A stretch of DNA of 64,000 nt from assembly GCF_051105105.1 (NCBI RefSeq), contig NZ_CP185339.1. One strand, 5' to 3'. The notes below the pieces were generated by a model. That model made no database searches. It saw nothing but the letters and a program-made list of their open reading frames with translations, and was not told where the DNA came from. The position numbers and the translations under genes are program-made. The first letter of the stretch is position 1, and the number at the start of each line of letters is the position of its first letter. Below are positions 51,085 to 60,413 of this stretch, piece after piece. The DNA is from Nannocystis pusilla. GTDB taxonomy: Bacteria > Myxococcota_A > Polyangia > Nannocystales > Nannocystaceae.

Positions 51085-51546
51085 GATATGCCAGGTTCAC
51101 ACCGTTCTTTTCACTGGACGCGCCTTACCCGGCTGCTATCTACTTTGCCCGACAGGCGGGCAAACCCGCTCGTCCGGGGTGGCTACAATCGTAGCCACCT
51201 CCAGTAGCCACCTGACTGCTGGCCTCGCGATGGCCGGCAAGTGGCCGACCGGTGTCCGGGCGGCCGTCCGATTACCGACCCCTTGGCTTGTCGCTGCTTC
51301 TTCGCCCTTTCCGCCGCGCCATCCACCGGCGGCGCCGTCACCCGCAGGATTGCCCCGATCGGCCCCCTGGGCCTTTTTTCCGCTTAAGGAGCACCCTGCG
51401 CCGACGCGCCGAGCCCGACTGCACCGGGCCCAACTGTCCCGAACTACCCTGAAGGTGGGGGAAATCGTCCCCACGACGCCCGTCGACGAGTCGGCGGCAC
51501 AAGAGGTGCAGAGGGGCGCGCGCAAACGCCTGGAGACGAACTGCCG

Positions 51547-52038
51547 ATGCAACCCCGATTCAACGTTGGTGAGAAGGCCGTTTACCCGACTCACGGTGTC
51601 GCCGAGGTCATGGCCCTCGAGACGAAAATCATCGAGTCGCGCCCCTTCCAGTTCTATCACCTGCGCGTCCTCGGCTCCGGCCTGAAGATTATCGTGCCGG
51701 TGGCCAAGGCCGAAGAGAACGGCATGCGGTCCCTCGCCGACGGCGAGATGATCGACGAGCTCTACGATCTGCTGCGCGACCACGAGGTCCCGTGCGATCG
51801 CCAGACCTGGAACCGGCGCTACCGCGGCTTCATGGAGAAGATCCGCACCGGTTCGCTGTTCGAGGTCGGCGAGGTGTACCGCGATCTGAGCCTCCTCAAG
51901 CACACCAAGAACCTCTCGCACGGCGAGCGGCAGATGCTGCAGACCGCCCGGAACCTGGTCATTCGTGAGCTCTCGACCGTCCGCAACGAGCCCGAGTCCG
52001 CGATCGCCGCCGAGCTGGACTCGATGCTGCAGGCTTGA
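51547..52038 (+). CDS. cdnL: CarD/CdnL family RNA-polymerase-binding transcription factor
   Basis: 163 aa. Translation FNVGEKAVYPTHGVAEVMALETKIIESRPFQFYHLRVLGSGLKIIVP. Confidence 0.85.
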   Translation: MQPRFNVGEKAVYPTHGVAEVMALETKIIESRPFQFYHLRVLGSGLKIIVPVAKAEENGMRSLADGEMIDELYDLLRDHEVPCDRQTWNRRYRGFMEKIRTGSLFEVGEVYRDLSLLKHTKNLSHGERQMLQTARNLVIRELSTVRNEPESAIAAELDSMLQA

Positions 52039-52051
52039 GTAAGGTCCGCGC

Positions 52052-52579
52052 GTGGCCACCGACATCAATGAGTCCGTCGAGATCCAGATCTCGACCTTGC
52101 CCTGGGAGCAGATCGCGGTCGACGCCTTCGTCTGTCCGACCAACTCCGAGGGCGTGATGAGTCACTTCCCGGCCAACAAGATCCGCGACCTTGCCGGTCG
52201 CGAGGTCGAGGCGATGGTGAAGGAGCACACCCCGCTGGCGATCGGCGCCGCGTTCGTGACGCCGGCGGGCAAGATGAAGGCGAAGTACCTCATCCATGTG
52301 CCCAACACCGATCGCCCCGGCGGTCGCGTCCAGGTCGAGGATGTCCTGCGCGCCACCGCGGCGGTGTTGGTGGCCTGCAAGGTCAAGGGCTTCACGAGCG
52401 TCGCCGTCCCGCTGATGGGTGCGTTCGAGCTCGGGATCCCGGCCGAGGAGGCCGCTCGCGCGATTCACAGCGAGCTCAAGGTCTACCGCGGCGACCGCCC
52501 GCTCCGCGCCTTCCTCATGGCCAAGGACGCCGACGACGTCGAGGTGTTCGAGCTGGCCATGGAAGGGAACATCCCGTAG
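52052..52579 (+). CDS. Macro domain (ADP-ribose binding/processing) protein
   Basis: Translation AFVCPTNSEGVMSHF...KYLIHVPNTDRPGG...VAVPLMGAFELGIP. Confidence 0.8.
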   Translation: MATDINESVEIQISTLPWEQIAVDAFVCPTNSEGVMSHFPANKIRDLAGREVEAMVKEHTPLAIGAAFVTPAGKMKAKYLIHVPNTDRPGGRVQVEDVLRATAAVLVACKVKGFTSVAVPLMGAFELGIPAEEAARAIHSELKVYRGDRPLRAFLMAKDADDVEVFELAMEGNIP

Positions 52580-52927
52580 ATGGGCCCCCTGCTCGACTAC
52601 CTGCCGCTCGTCGCAGCCGTCGGGCTGATCGGGGTCCTCGCCGGCCTGGTCCGTGCGCGCGCGAGGCAACAGGCCGCGCCCGACGCCGGCGAGAGTCTGG
52701 TGCAGCTGCGCCCGCGTCAGCCTGTCGACACCGGCGGCCTCCTCGCGCTCGCCGGCCTCGGCTTCGCGCTCGCGCTGGCCCTGGTCCTGTTCGCGCCGAC
52801 CGCCGCGGTCTGTCTGTCCAGCACGACATGTCCGGAAGGACCTGCCCTTTGGGTCAGCGCCGCCGGCCTCGGTCTGCTGGGCCTGGCGACCGCGATCGCC
52901 TGGCCTTCGCTGACGCGCGCGCCATGA
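52580..52927 (+). CDS. Small membrane protein with a palindromic element embedded in-frame
   Basis: The ATG directly follows the macro-domain stop. Two TM segments. Codons 52824-52858 (acg aca tgt ccg gaa gga cct gcc ctt) have low GC3 and equal GACATGTCCggaaGGACCTGCCC. Confidence 0.5.
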   Translation: MGPLLDYLPLVAAVGLIGVLAGLVRARARQQAAPDAGESLVQLRPRQPVDTGGLLALAGLGFALALALVLFAPTAAVCLSSTTCPEGPALWVSAAGLGLLGLATAIAWPSLTRAP

Positions 52928-53650
52928 TCCGCCCGCGCGCCGCCGCCTCGCCTGCGCCCGCGTCGGCGAGCGGCGCCGTCTCGCTGCGCGTCTCGGCGAA
53001 TGATTCTGCCCCAAGCGTCGGCGACGTAGCGCTGCCGGACGAAGTCTCGCGCGAGCTCCAGTCGCAGCTTCGCGGCATCGAGGTTCGTGCGAGCTCCTCG
53101 CTCGGGCTCGCGTCGCGGGACTTCGCGCTGCGATCGTCCACTTCGTTCTCGCGTCGCGTCGAAGAAACGCCGGCCATCTCCTCGCCCTACGCCGCTTCGA
53201 CGCCCCCGCTTCGTAGCGACGTTCGAGGCAAGCGCGAGCGTACGGTCGGAGGTCAGGTCACTGCAACCGTCCGCTTCGCTCATGCACGCAGTCGACGCGA
53301 CGCTGGTGCTCTCCTCGCGCGAGGCCGCGTCGCCGCCGCTTTTTCATCGCGGCTCCGAAGCAAGCGCGAGCACTCGCTTTGCGCTCGCGTCGCCGCGACC
53401 GTCCGCTTCGGTCATGCATGCGGTCGACGAGACGCGGACGAGTTCCTCGTCCGAGACCGCGTCGCCGCCCGCACTTCCTCGCGACCTCGACGTAAGCGCG
53501 AGCGCCCGGCCCGAGGTCGCGTCGCCGCATCTCCTTCCTCGCGGCTTCGATGTGAGCGCGAGCTCTTCGTCCGAGGCCGTGTCGCGGGGCGGCGCGCTGC
53601 GACTGTCCCCGCTCCGTCTCGGTCGCGTCGCGCACGCGAGCTCGTTCCCC
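52928..53650. repeat. Degenerate tandem repeats of about 66 nt (GCTTCG..CATGCA..GTCGACG..AGCGCGAGC..GCGTCGCCGC)
   Basis: At least five copies. In translation they give a 22-aa Ser/Ala/Pro-rich period. One copy contains a GACGTTC variant at 53218. Confidence 0.6.
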
Positions 53651-53652
53651 CG

Positions 53653-54878
53653 TCGCAGCATCCTCGGCACCGCGACGTCGCCCGTCGCGCCTTGTGTCCT
53701 CTTCTTCGCCCTCGCGCTCGGCTGCGGCGCGCCGCCCACGGGTGTGCGCGCCGAACCGGGAACGCTGGTGTTCACCCCGGCGGCGGAGCGGCTCGAGCTG
53801 CGGCTCGTGAATCACGGCGCGGCGCCCGTCCCGTTGACGCGGATCCGCTTCGACACCCGTACCCCCGACTGGGGCGCCTTCTCGATCGAGAACCGCGAGT
53901 ACCCGCGGGAGATCGCTGCCGGCGGAGCCGTGAGCCTGCGCCTCCGCGTCGACCGCGACCACTTCGATCGCACCGGCGCCTCCCGCTCCGGCAGCGCGCG
54001 CCTCCTCTTTGCGGCGGGAGAGGCGCCCCAGATCGTCGAGCTCCGCTATGAGCCGCCCGATCTCGGGGGCGATCTGCGGCGCACGGCGATCCGCACCGCC
54101 CTGGCGCTCGCGCTCGTCGCGCTGGCGTGGATCTCGACGCGGCGTACCCGGCTGAACTGGACCGCGTGGCTGCCGGTGGTGGCCGTCCTGGCGCTGTTCC
54201 CGTTCGGTCCGGGCCTGTGCTTCGACAGCGTCGGCAGCAGCCTCTCCGCCGCGGACGTTCGAGCAGTGCTCCGCGGGTCGGGGAGGTACTTCGCTGTCGC
54301 TGATCGCCGTGGGCGAAGGCTGGCTCGTCTATCTCGTCGCTCTCGTGCTCGCCGGTCTCGGTCGCCTCGTCGACCGGGCTGCGCTGGCCCGCCGCCTCGC
54401 GTCGCGCGACCTCGCCCTCGCCGCCGCATTCGCCGGTCCATTGCTGGCCTTTGGCACCCTCGATCCACGGCGACTCGTGGGGGAGCAAGCAGCGAGGCTC
54501 GTCGGCGGTGCTGCGATCCCCCCCGCCTGGGGAATCTTCGTGCAACCGATCGCCGCGGCCGTCGCCCTCGCGGTCGCGGCCGCCCCGCCGGCAGGACGAC
54601 TCGAGCGGCTCGCCTTTGCGGCGGCGTTCGTCGCCTGTTTCCTCGGCGGCGGTTTGCCCGCGGCGGCGCTCGCCGGCAGCGGCCACGGCCTCGTGCTGTT
54701 CATCGGCGCAGTCGTGGCGGCGGCGAAGATCGCTGCGGTCGTGTGGTTCGTGCAGCGGCTGCACGCGTCGGCCACCGGCTCGCGTGCGCGCGCTGCTCTC
54801 TTCTTTCTCGAGCGGGCCGCGATGCCCCTGGCGATCGCGAATTTGCTGGTGACGTTGGCCTACGGCCTGCTGCGGTGA
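53653..54878 (+). CDS. Lipoprotein/membrane protein (N-terminal Ig-like domain plus C-terminal polytopic TM). Frame disrupted by +1 at 54254 (GACGTTC). Start unresolved.
   Basis: LFFALALGC lipobox with no canonical start codon nearby. The frame reads through ...SLSAADV and continues in the +1 frame as SLSLIAVGEGWLVYLVALVLAGLG. Confidence 0.45.
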
Positions 54879-55263
54879 CTCGAGATGCGAGCAGGGCCGG
54901 GGGGCCAGGTCCCGAGAGACTGGTGCGGCGCTGCGCACTCAGCGCGCAGCGTGTCCGGTGTCTCCAACGTAGCTTTTTTCCGAAGCTGGTGTTAGCGTGG
55001 CCGGCGAAAAGCCTTGACCGCAGGCTTGCCCGGCGAGCGCGGATGCTAGTTCGGACGCCAAACCTCGTAATCCGAGTGAGACGGGACACACGCGACGCCG
55101 TTACGGCCCCACGGACCTGGGCTGAGATGGCGTCGCCGCAGGCTCGCGTGAAGAACCTGTCCCAAAGATATGAGCAGGCGCGGTATTGTACCCAGACCAA
55201 CATCGGCGGGAGCTGCCCCTCCGATCGCGGTCGCGGCCCACGTGGGCCACGGGGAGGCGAATA

Positions 55264-56193
55264 ATGGCAACCACGATCGCCCAGATCGGTGGATTTGAAC
55301 TTTGGGACATCCTGCAACTTGCGCAGACATCGCGCATGTCGATCAAGCTGTCCGTCGAGTCGCCGCATGGCGTCGGCGCGATGTTTTTCCAGGGCGGCAA
55401 CCTCGTCCACGCCGAGACCGGCGCGGCCCAGGGTGACGACGCCGTCAACACGATCCTCGACTGGCGCGAGGGCAGCGTCTCGTCTTCGCAGTTGCCCGAG
55501 AACTGCCCGCAGACGGTGCGCCACACCTCGATCGTCGCGTTGTTGATGGACCGGGCGCGTCAGCGCGACGAGGCTTCGCGCAACGAGCCGCCGCCGCGCA
55601 GCGAACCGCCGCGCAGCGAGCCGCCGCCGCGAAGCGAGCCGGCGCCACGCGCCGCGACGCCGCCCTCCCCTCCGCCGGTGCCGGTGATCGAGAAGCCGCA
55701 GCGAGCTGCGCCGGTCACCGTCCCACCACTTCCGCCGCTGCCCGTCACCCCACCGACTCCGGCCTACGCGGCCGCCCCCAACGTTGCAGCGCGCGACAAG
55801 GAGCTGTCAGACATGGACCTCAAGGTCGTGAAGGCCATCCTCGAGGAGCTCGACGACCACCTCATGGGCGGCCTCATCAGCGTCGACATCATCAGCAAGG
55901 CCTCGGGCATGTCGCTCGCGGGTATCAACTCGGCGCCCAAGGCGTGCGCCATGTTCAACCGCCTGTCCGAGCAGCTGCACAACGCGCTGACCCGCTCGGA
56001 AGACGCCCTCGCCAAGGGCATCAACAAGTTCATCATCGAGGGCGACAACGGCCTCCTGATCTTCGTGATCGAGCTCGACGAGCGCCACCGCTGGGCGATC
56101 CTCGTCGACGGCGTCAAGGCGCAGCTCGGGTGGGTGTTCGTCATCATCCCCGAGCTCCAGCCGCGCCTCATCGCCGCGCTGAAGGGTCGCTGA
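55264..56193 (+). CDS. DUF4388-like N-terminal domain, Pro-rich linker and roadblock/LC7-like C-terminal domain
   Basis: GGGGAGG ribosome-binding site. Translation MATTIAQIGGFELWDILQLAQTSRMSIKL. The linker has PPRSEPPRSEPPPRSEP repeats. Confidence 0.6.
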   Translation: MATTIAQIGGFELWDILQLAQTSRMSIKLSVESPHGVGAMFFQGGNLVHAETGAAQGDDAVNTILDWREGSVSSSQLPENCPQTVRHTSIVALLMDRARQRDEASRNEPPPRSEPPRSEPPPRSEPAPRAATPPSPPPVPVIEKPQRAAPVTVPPLPPLPVTPPTPAYAAAPNVAARDKELSDMDLKVVKAILEELDDHLMGGLISVDIISKASGMSLAGINSAPKACAMFNRLSEQLHNALTRSEDALAKGINKFIIEGDNGLLIFVIELDERHRWAILVDGVKAQLGWVFVIIPELQPRLIAALKGR

Positions 56194-56197
56194 GCCG

Positions 56198-56270
56198 ACT
56201 GTCCTGAGGGACATGTCCTTATGGGCATGTCCCTCGGCACCTGCTCCCGAGCACCTGCCCGAACAAACCT
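56198..56270. repeat. Palindromic decamer array (GGGACATGTCC, GGGCATGTCC, GCACCTGCTCC, GCACCTGCCC, ACCTGGCC)
   Basis: Starts 5 nt after the upstream stop. Confidence 0.75.
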
Positions 56271-56288
56271 GGCCGATCGGACAGCGCC

Positions 56289-56894
56289 GTGGTCTACATC
56301 AGCAAGGTCTACACGAAGTTCGGCGACCGCGGCGACACGATGCTCGCCAGCGGCGACACCGTCGGCAAGGACGCCCCGCGGGTCGCCGCTTACGGCGAGG
56401 TCGACGAGCTCAACGCGGTGCTCGGCGTGCTGCGCGTCGAGCTCTCCCGCGTCGACGAGCCCGGCGAGCGGCGCGAGTTCCTGGCCGCGCTCGACGCCTC
56501 GCTCGCGCGGATCCAGCAAGAGCTGTTCGACCTCGGCGCCGAGCTGGCGACGCCCGGCGCGACCGAAGGCAAGGCGCCGCTCAAGGTCGAGGAGGCCGAC
56601 GTCACGCGGCTCGAGCACGAGCTCGACGCGTGGAACGCCGACCTGCCGCCGCTGCGCAGCTTCATCCTGCCGGGCGGCGGGCCGCTCGGCGCCTGGGCCC
56701 ACCTCGCGCGCACCGTGTGCCGCCGCGCCGAGCGCAGCGTCGTCGCGCTCGCTCGCGTCGAGCCGGTCCGCGGCGAGGCCGTCCGCTACATCAATCGCCT
56801 GAGCGACTGGTTCTTCGTCGTCGCCCGCGCCGCGGCCCACGCCTTCGCCGTCCCCGAGGTGCTGTGGGATACCCACCGGAAGCCCGCCCCGTGA
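56289..56894 (+). CDS. PduO-type ATP:cob(I)alamin adenosyltransferase
   Basis: GTG start. Translation MVYISKVYTKFGDRGDTML...RVAAYGEVDELNAVLG. Confidence 0.8.
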   Translation: MVYISKVYTKFGDRGDTMLASGDTVGKDAPRVAAYGEVDELNAVLGVLRVELSRVDEPGERREFLAALDASLARIQQELFDLGAELATPGATEGKAPLKVEEADVTRLEHELDAWNADLPPLRSFILPGGGPLGAWAHLARTVCRRAERSVVALARVEPVRGEAVRYINRLSDWFFVVARAAAHAFAVPEVLWDTHRKPAP

Positions 56895-57118
56895 CCCCGC
56901 CCCTCCTGAAGTTCCGCTACGAGTACCCGCCCGGCGAGGCGCACTTCCTCGAGGCGCCGACGGCCGAGGCCGCGGTGCTGTTCCTGCGCCGCACGTACCC
57001 GCACAACCCCGTCGACGTGCTGCCGACGCTGCGCGAGATCTCGCGCTGGCCCGCCTTCTGGAAGACCGTCGACGCGCAGGGGCTCGTCGTCCCCGACAAC
57101 GCCAAGCCGCGCTCCTGA
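56891..57118 (+). CDS. Small hypothetical protein
   Basis: 75 aa with high GC3. The GTG start overlaps the upstream stop as GTGA. Confidence 0.45.
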   Translation: MTPPLLKFRYEYPPGEAHFLEAPTAEAAVLFLRRTYPHNPVDVLPTLREISRWPAFWKTVDAQGLVVPDNAKPRS

Positions 57119-57181
57119 GCGGTTTTTGCGGCGCCGGGGCTCGCTTGACAGGGCCCGAGGCCCCGCCCACCCTCCGGGGCG

Positions 57182-57985
57182 ATGGCCGACGACGATCCGA
57201 TCACCGAGGGAACTCTCGATCGCCACCTCCATCGGCCGCTCGCAGCGTGGGTCCTCGAGCGAGTGCGACCGGCGCCGAGCGTCGAGCTGCTCACCCTCGC
57301 CGGACTGGTGGTCGGACTCACCGGCGCCGTCGCCGTGCTGCTGGCCGCGCCGAGCGGCGTCGACTGGATCTTCCCCGCCTGGCTGCTGTTCGCCTTCACC
57401 ATCGCCAGCCGGTGTCGCCGCCTCGTCGCCGGCGCCGCGGAGGCCGAGGCCGGCACGCTCGAGTTCGCGATCGGCGCCGCCTTCTGGGTCGCGCTGACGC
57501 TGCGAGCCGCGCCCGCCAACGCGTGGGCCTGCACCCTCGCGTCGGTGGCGCTGGTCAGCGCGCTGATCCAGGTCGGGCTCCACGCCGAGCTGCGTCGGCG
57601 ATTCCGCGACCTGACCGGCGGAGGCGGCGACGCAGCGCCACCCTCGCCGCGGCCCTCGGTGGCGGCGCTGTCCCGCGGGCTCGGCCCCGCTGTGTTCCAC
57701 GACATCGCCGCCGCGCTTCTCGGGCCGGAGCACACCGGCCCCCGTCCCACCGCCGGCGCGGCCCGCTCGCTGCTGGCCCCTCCCCTGCGCATGGCGGCGC
57801 CGCTGAGCCACGACACCCACCTCGCGCTGCTCTACGTCGCCACCGCCGCCGCCGCGCTCCGGCTCGACCTGTCCTTCTGGACAGCCGCGCTCGCGGTCGC
57901 GCTCGGGCTCAACGTGTGGGCGCTCCTGGTCGTGTCGGCCTGGCGCCGCGCCGAGGCGCTGGTCCGCCGACTTCCGCCCGCCTGA
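57182..57985 (+). CDS. Hypothetical polytopic membrane protein
   Basis: 267 aa with multiple hydrophobic segments. Confidence 0.55.
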   Translation: MADDDPITEGTLDRHLHRPLAAWVLERVRPAPSVELLTLAGLVVGLTGAVAVLLAAPSGVDWIFPAWLLFAFTIASRCRRLVAGAAEAEAGTLEFAIGAAFWVALTLRAAPANAWACTLASVALVSALIQVGLHAELRRRFRDLTGGGGDAAPPSPRPSVAALSRGLGPAVFHDIAAALLGPEHTGPRPTAGAARSLLAPPLRMAAPLSHDTHLALLYVATAAAALRLDLSFWTAALAVALGLNVWALLVVSAWRRAEALVRRLPPA

Positions 57986-58008
57986 GGCGAAAGCGTGGTG
58001 TGACGGAG

Positions 58009-58160
58009 CCACGCACCTGGCCCGAAGGCCAGGCACCGGATCGCCGCTGCGCTGCCCCTCCGGAGTCCGCACCTGCCCCTCAGGCCAGGTTTGACGGCGG
58101 AGCGCGGCCCAAAGGCCGCCCGAAGGCTGCGCACCTGGCCTCTGGCCTGGTGCGTCGGTT
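58009..58160. repeat. Cluster of three hairpins sharing the stem GCACCTGGCC/GGCCAGGYGC (ACCTGYCC variant of the palindromic family)
   Basis: Copies are cacGCACCTGGCCcgaaGGCCAGGCACcgg, tccGCACCTGCCCctcaGGCCAGGTttg and gcGCACCTGGCCtctGGCCTGGTGCg. Confidence 0.6.
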
Positions 58161-58407
58161 CGCCGCAGCGCTGGTCCGCCGGCTACAACCCGACCCGAGT
58201 CCGCATATGACCCGAAGGACAGGCGTCTCGCCGCGGCGTTGTCCGCCCGAGGTCCGCACTCGAAGTGCAGCGCTTCGCTCACCCAGCGCTGCGCACGACT
58301 CTGCTCGAGCCGCGCGGCTGGACGGCTCGCCCGCGCGAGGTCCAGGTACGACGAGCGCGCCCGAGCTGCGGCGAGCGCAGCGCGGGCGCGACGTGTCGGG
58401 CCGATTG

Positions 58408-58440
58408 GTCATGTCCCCGGGACCTGTCCGCGGGGACACA
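58408..58440. repeat. Palindromic element (GGTCATGTCC, GGGACCTGTCC, GGGGACACAC) 3' of the ACP gene
   Basis: Period is 13-14 nt. Confidence 0.6.
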
Positions 58441-58452
58441 CGCCGACGGCGC

Positions 58453-58719
58453 TCAGGACGCGGCGGCCTGCTTCTCTTGCACCGTCTTGTGCAGCAGGTC
58501 GACGAGCTCGTTGATGTTCGTCAGCTTGTTGAGCTCGGCGCGGGGGATCTTCACCTTGAGCTCGCGCATGCTGCAGGAGACGACCTCGACGATGTCGAGG
58601 CTGTTGGCGCCGAGGTCCTTCATCGACTTGGCGGGGTCGACCTGGGCCGCATCGATCCCTTCGACGGTGTCCACGAGGTGGCGCTTGACGACGGCCAAGA
58701 CATCATCGCGGGTGCTCAT
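58453..58719 (-). CDS. Acyl carrier protein
   Basis: 88 aa with the phosphopantetheine attachment motif DLGANSLDIVEVV. Confidence 0.85.
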   Translation of the reverse strand: MSTRDDVLAVVKRHLVDTVEGIDAAQVDPAKSMKDLGANSLDIVEVVSCSMRELKVKIPRAELNKLTNINELVDLLHKTVQEKQAAAS

Positions 58720-58782
58720 TCTCGGTTCTCCTTGGTGGGCGCGGTGCAGGTTGCCCGCAGCGAATCTCGCAGGAAGCGAAGG

Positions 58783-59598
58783 TCAAAAACTCAGCCCGAG
58801 GCGCTCGCGCGCCGAAAACAGGCGAACGACGTTGTCGGCGAAACCGAGGCCCCTGTCCAGTAGCAGAATCTGCCCCTTGACCCCGTCCATGAGACCGCTG
58901 CAGAGGGCCAGCGCCGCGGCCGCGACCTCGTCGGGGTCGATGAACCAGCCTTCCGAGTAGTACTTCTTGCAGAACGGCACGAAGTCGGGCCCGAAGGTGG
59001 CCTCCAGCGATGCAGTCTCGACCGGGTTCGCGCGCAGGATGTTGATGCGAACATCCTCACTGAGCAGATCTGCCGTGAGGTAGCGACAGAAGGTCTCCAT
59101 CACGGTCTTGCTCGCGGCCACGAAGTCGTAGCCCGGGAGGAAGTACTCAGGCCCGCGCGACGACATTCCCACCGCGTAGCGGGGCCAGCGACCGAAGGTC
59201 TCGCGGATGGCCTGCAGGTAGCCGACGAACGGCCACGCGCTGTAGCCGAGGCTGCGGAGGAAGCTCTTCTTGTCGAGGTCCTCGTGCGACTTGCTGACGT
59301 GGGCGAACGACACGTTGCTGATCAGCGCGAACACGGCGTCGTGGTCGCGCTTGACCGCCTCCATCAGCGCCTCGGTGTCCTCGTCTTGCGACGCGTCGGC
59401 CTCGACGATCGTCGGCGCCGGCGCGCCCGCGGCGTCGAAGCGGGCCCGCAGCTCGTCTTCGTCGGCCGAGCCCCAGCGGTGCGTCAGGTACACGTGCGCG
59501 CCGTACTTGCCGAACAGCAGGCCGGTCGCCAGGCCGATGCCCGCCGTCCCGCCGGTGACGATGACGGCCTTGCCCTTGAGGTCGTTGCGGAGGATCAC
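58783..59598 (-). CDS. SDR family oxidoreductase, paralog B (atypical FabG/FabL-like)
   Basis: GGAAGGAG ribosome-binding site plus GTG start. Translation VIVTGGTAGIGLATG; catalytic YDFVAASK. Confidence 0.8.
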   Translation of the reverse strand: MILRNDLKGKAVIVTGGTAGIGLATGLLFGKYGAHVYLTHRWGSADEDELRARFDAAGAPAPTIVEADASQDEDTEALMEAVKRDHDAVFALISNVSFAHVSKSHEDLDKKSFLRSLGYSAWPFVGYLQAIRETFGRWPRYAVGMSSRGPEYFLPGYDFVAASKTVMETFCRYLTADLLSEDVRINILRANPVETASLEATFGPDFVPFCKKYYSEGWFIDPDEVAAAALALCSGLMDGVKGQILLLDRGLGFADNVVRLFSARERLGLSF

Positions 59599-60410
59599 GC
59601 CGGAGCTCCTTCCTTGTCGCTGCCGCCGACGAGCCGCGGCCCGAGCGTGGCGACGTTGTCGACGAACGCCGCGCCGCGGTCGAGCGTCAGCACCTGCCCG
59701 CCCATGGCGTCGAACAGCCCGCTGCACAGCGCGAGGGTCGTGTCGGCGACCTCGTCGACGGTGCACGCGAACTCGGGGAACTTGCCCGCCAGCTCGCGCT
59801 GCTGGGCGGCGAACATCTGCTCGTAGCTCTCGGTCATCACCTGGCGGGTGCGCAGGGCGTTGACGATGCAGCCGTGCTCGTAGAGGTGCGTGCTCATGTA
59901 GCGCACGAACGTCTCGAGCACCGCCTTGGCCACGGCCACGTAGTCGTAGCCGGGGTAGTGCGTGTCGGGCCCGTCGGACGACATCGCCAGCGCGTAGCGG
60001 GGGTAGCGACCGAACGCGGCGTGCAGCGCCTGCAGGTAGCCGACGAACGGCCAGCTCGAGTACTCGAGGCTCTTGTACAGCGCGCGCCGGGTGTGCTTCT
60101 CCGGCCCTTCGCCGCGCTGGACCACGCAGACGTTGCTGATGAACGCCCACACGCCGTCGCACTCCTCCTTGAGCCGCGCGGTCAGCTTGTCGGTGTCCTC
60201 CTCGCGCGACGCGTCGGCCTCGAGCACCAGCGGCGCCGGGGCCCCGACGGCGGTAAAGCGGGCCTTGAGCTCGTCCTCGTCGGCCGAGCCCCAGCGGTGC
60301 GTCAGCACCGTGCGCGCGCCCTGGCGCCCGAACGCGAGCCCGCACGCGAGGCCGATGCCGCGCGTCCCGCCCGTGATCAAGACGACCCTGTCCTTGAAGT
60401 CATTGAGCAA
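59595..60410 (-). CDS. SDR family oxidoreductase, paralog A
   Basis: Translation VVLITGGTRGIGLACG; catalytic YDYVAVAK. About 55-60% identical to paralog B by eye. Confidence 0.8.
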   Translation of the reverse strand: MLNDFKDRVVLITGGTRGIGLACGLAFGRQGARTVLTHRWGSADEDELKARFTAVGAPAPLVLEADASREEDTDKLTARLKEECDGVWAFISNVCVVQRGEGPEKHTRRALYKSLEYSSWPFVGYLQALHAAFGRYPRYALAMSSDGPDTHYPGYDYVAVAKAVLETFVRYMSTHLYEHGCIVNALRTRQVMTESYEQMFAAQQRELAGKFPEFACTVDEVADTTLALCSGLFDAMGGQVLTLDRGAAFVDNVATLGPRLVGGSDKEGAPA

Positions 60411-60413
60411 GCG

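Noticed and set aside
51183-51230. Hairpin GGTGGCTACaatcGTAGCCACC considered as a tRNA or SRP-RNA fragment
   Set aside because: No acceptor or T-arm pairing and no SRP domain IV motif. Retained only as a possible regulatory or UTR structure.
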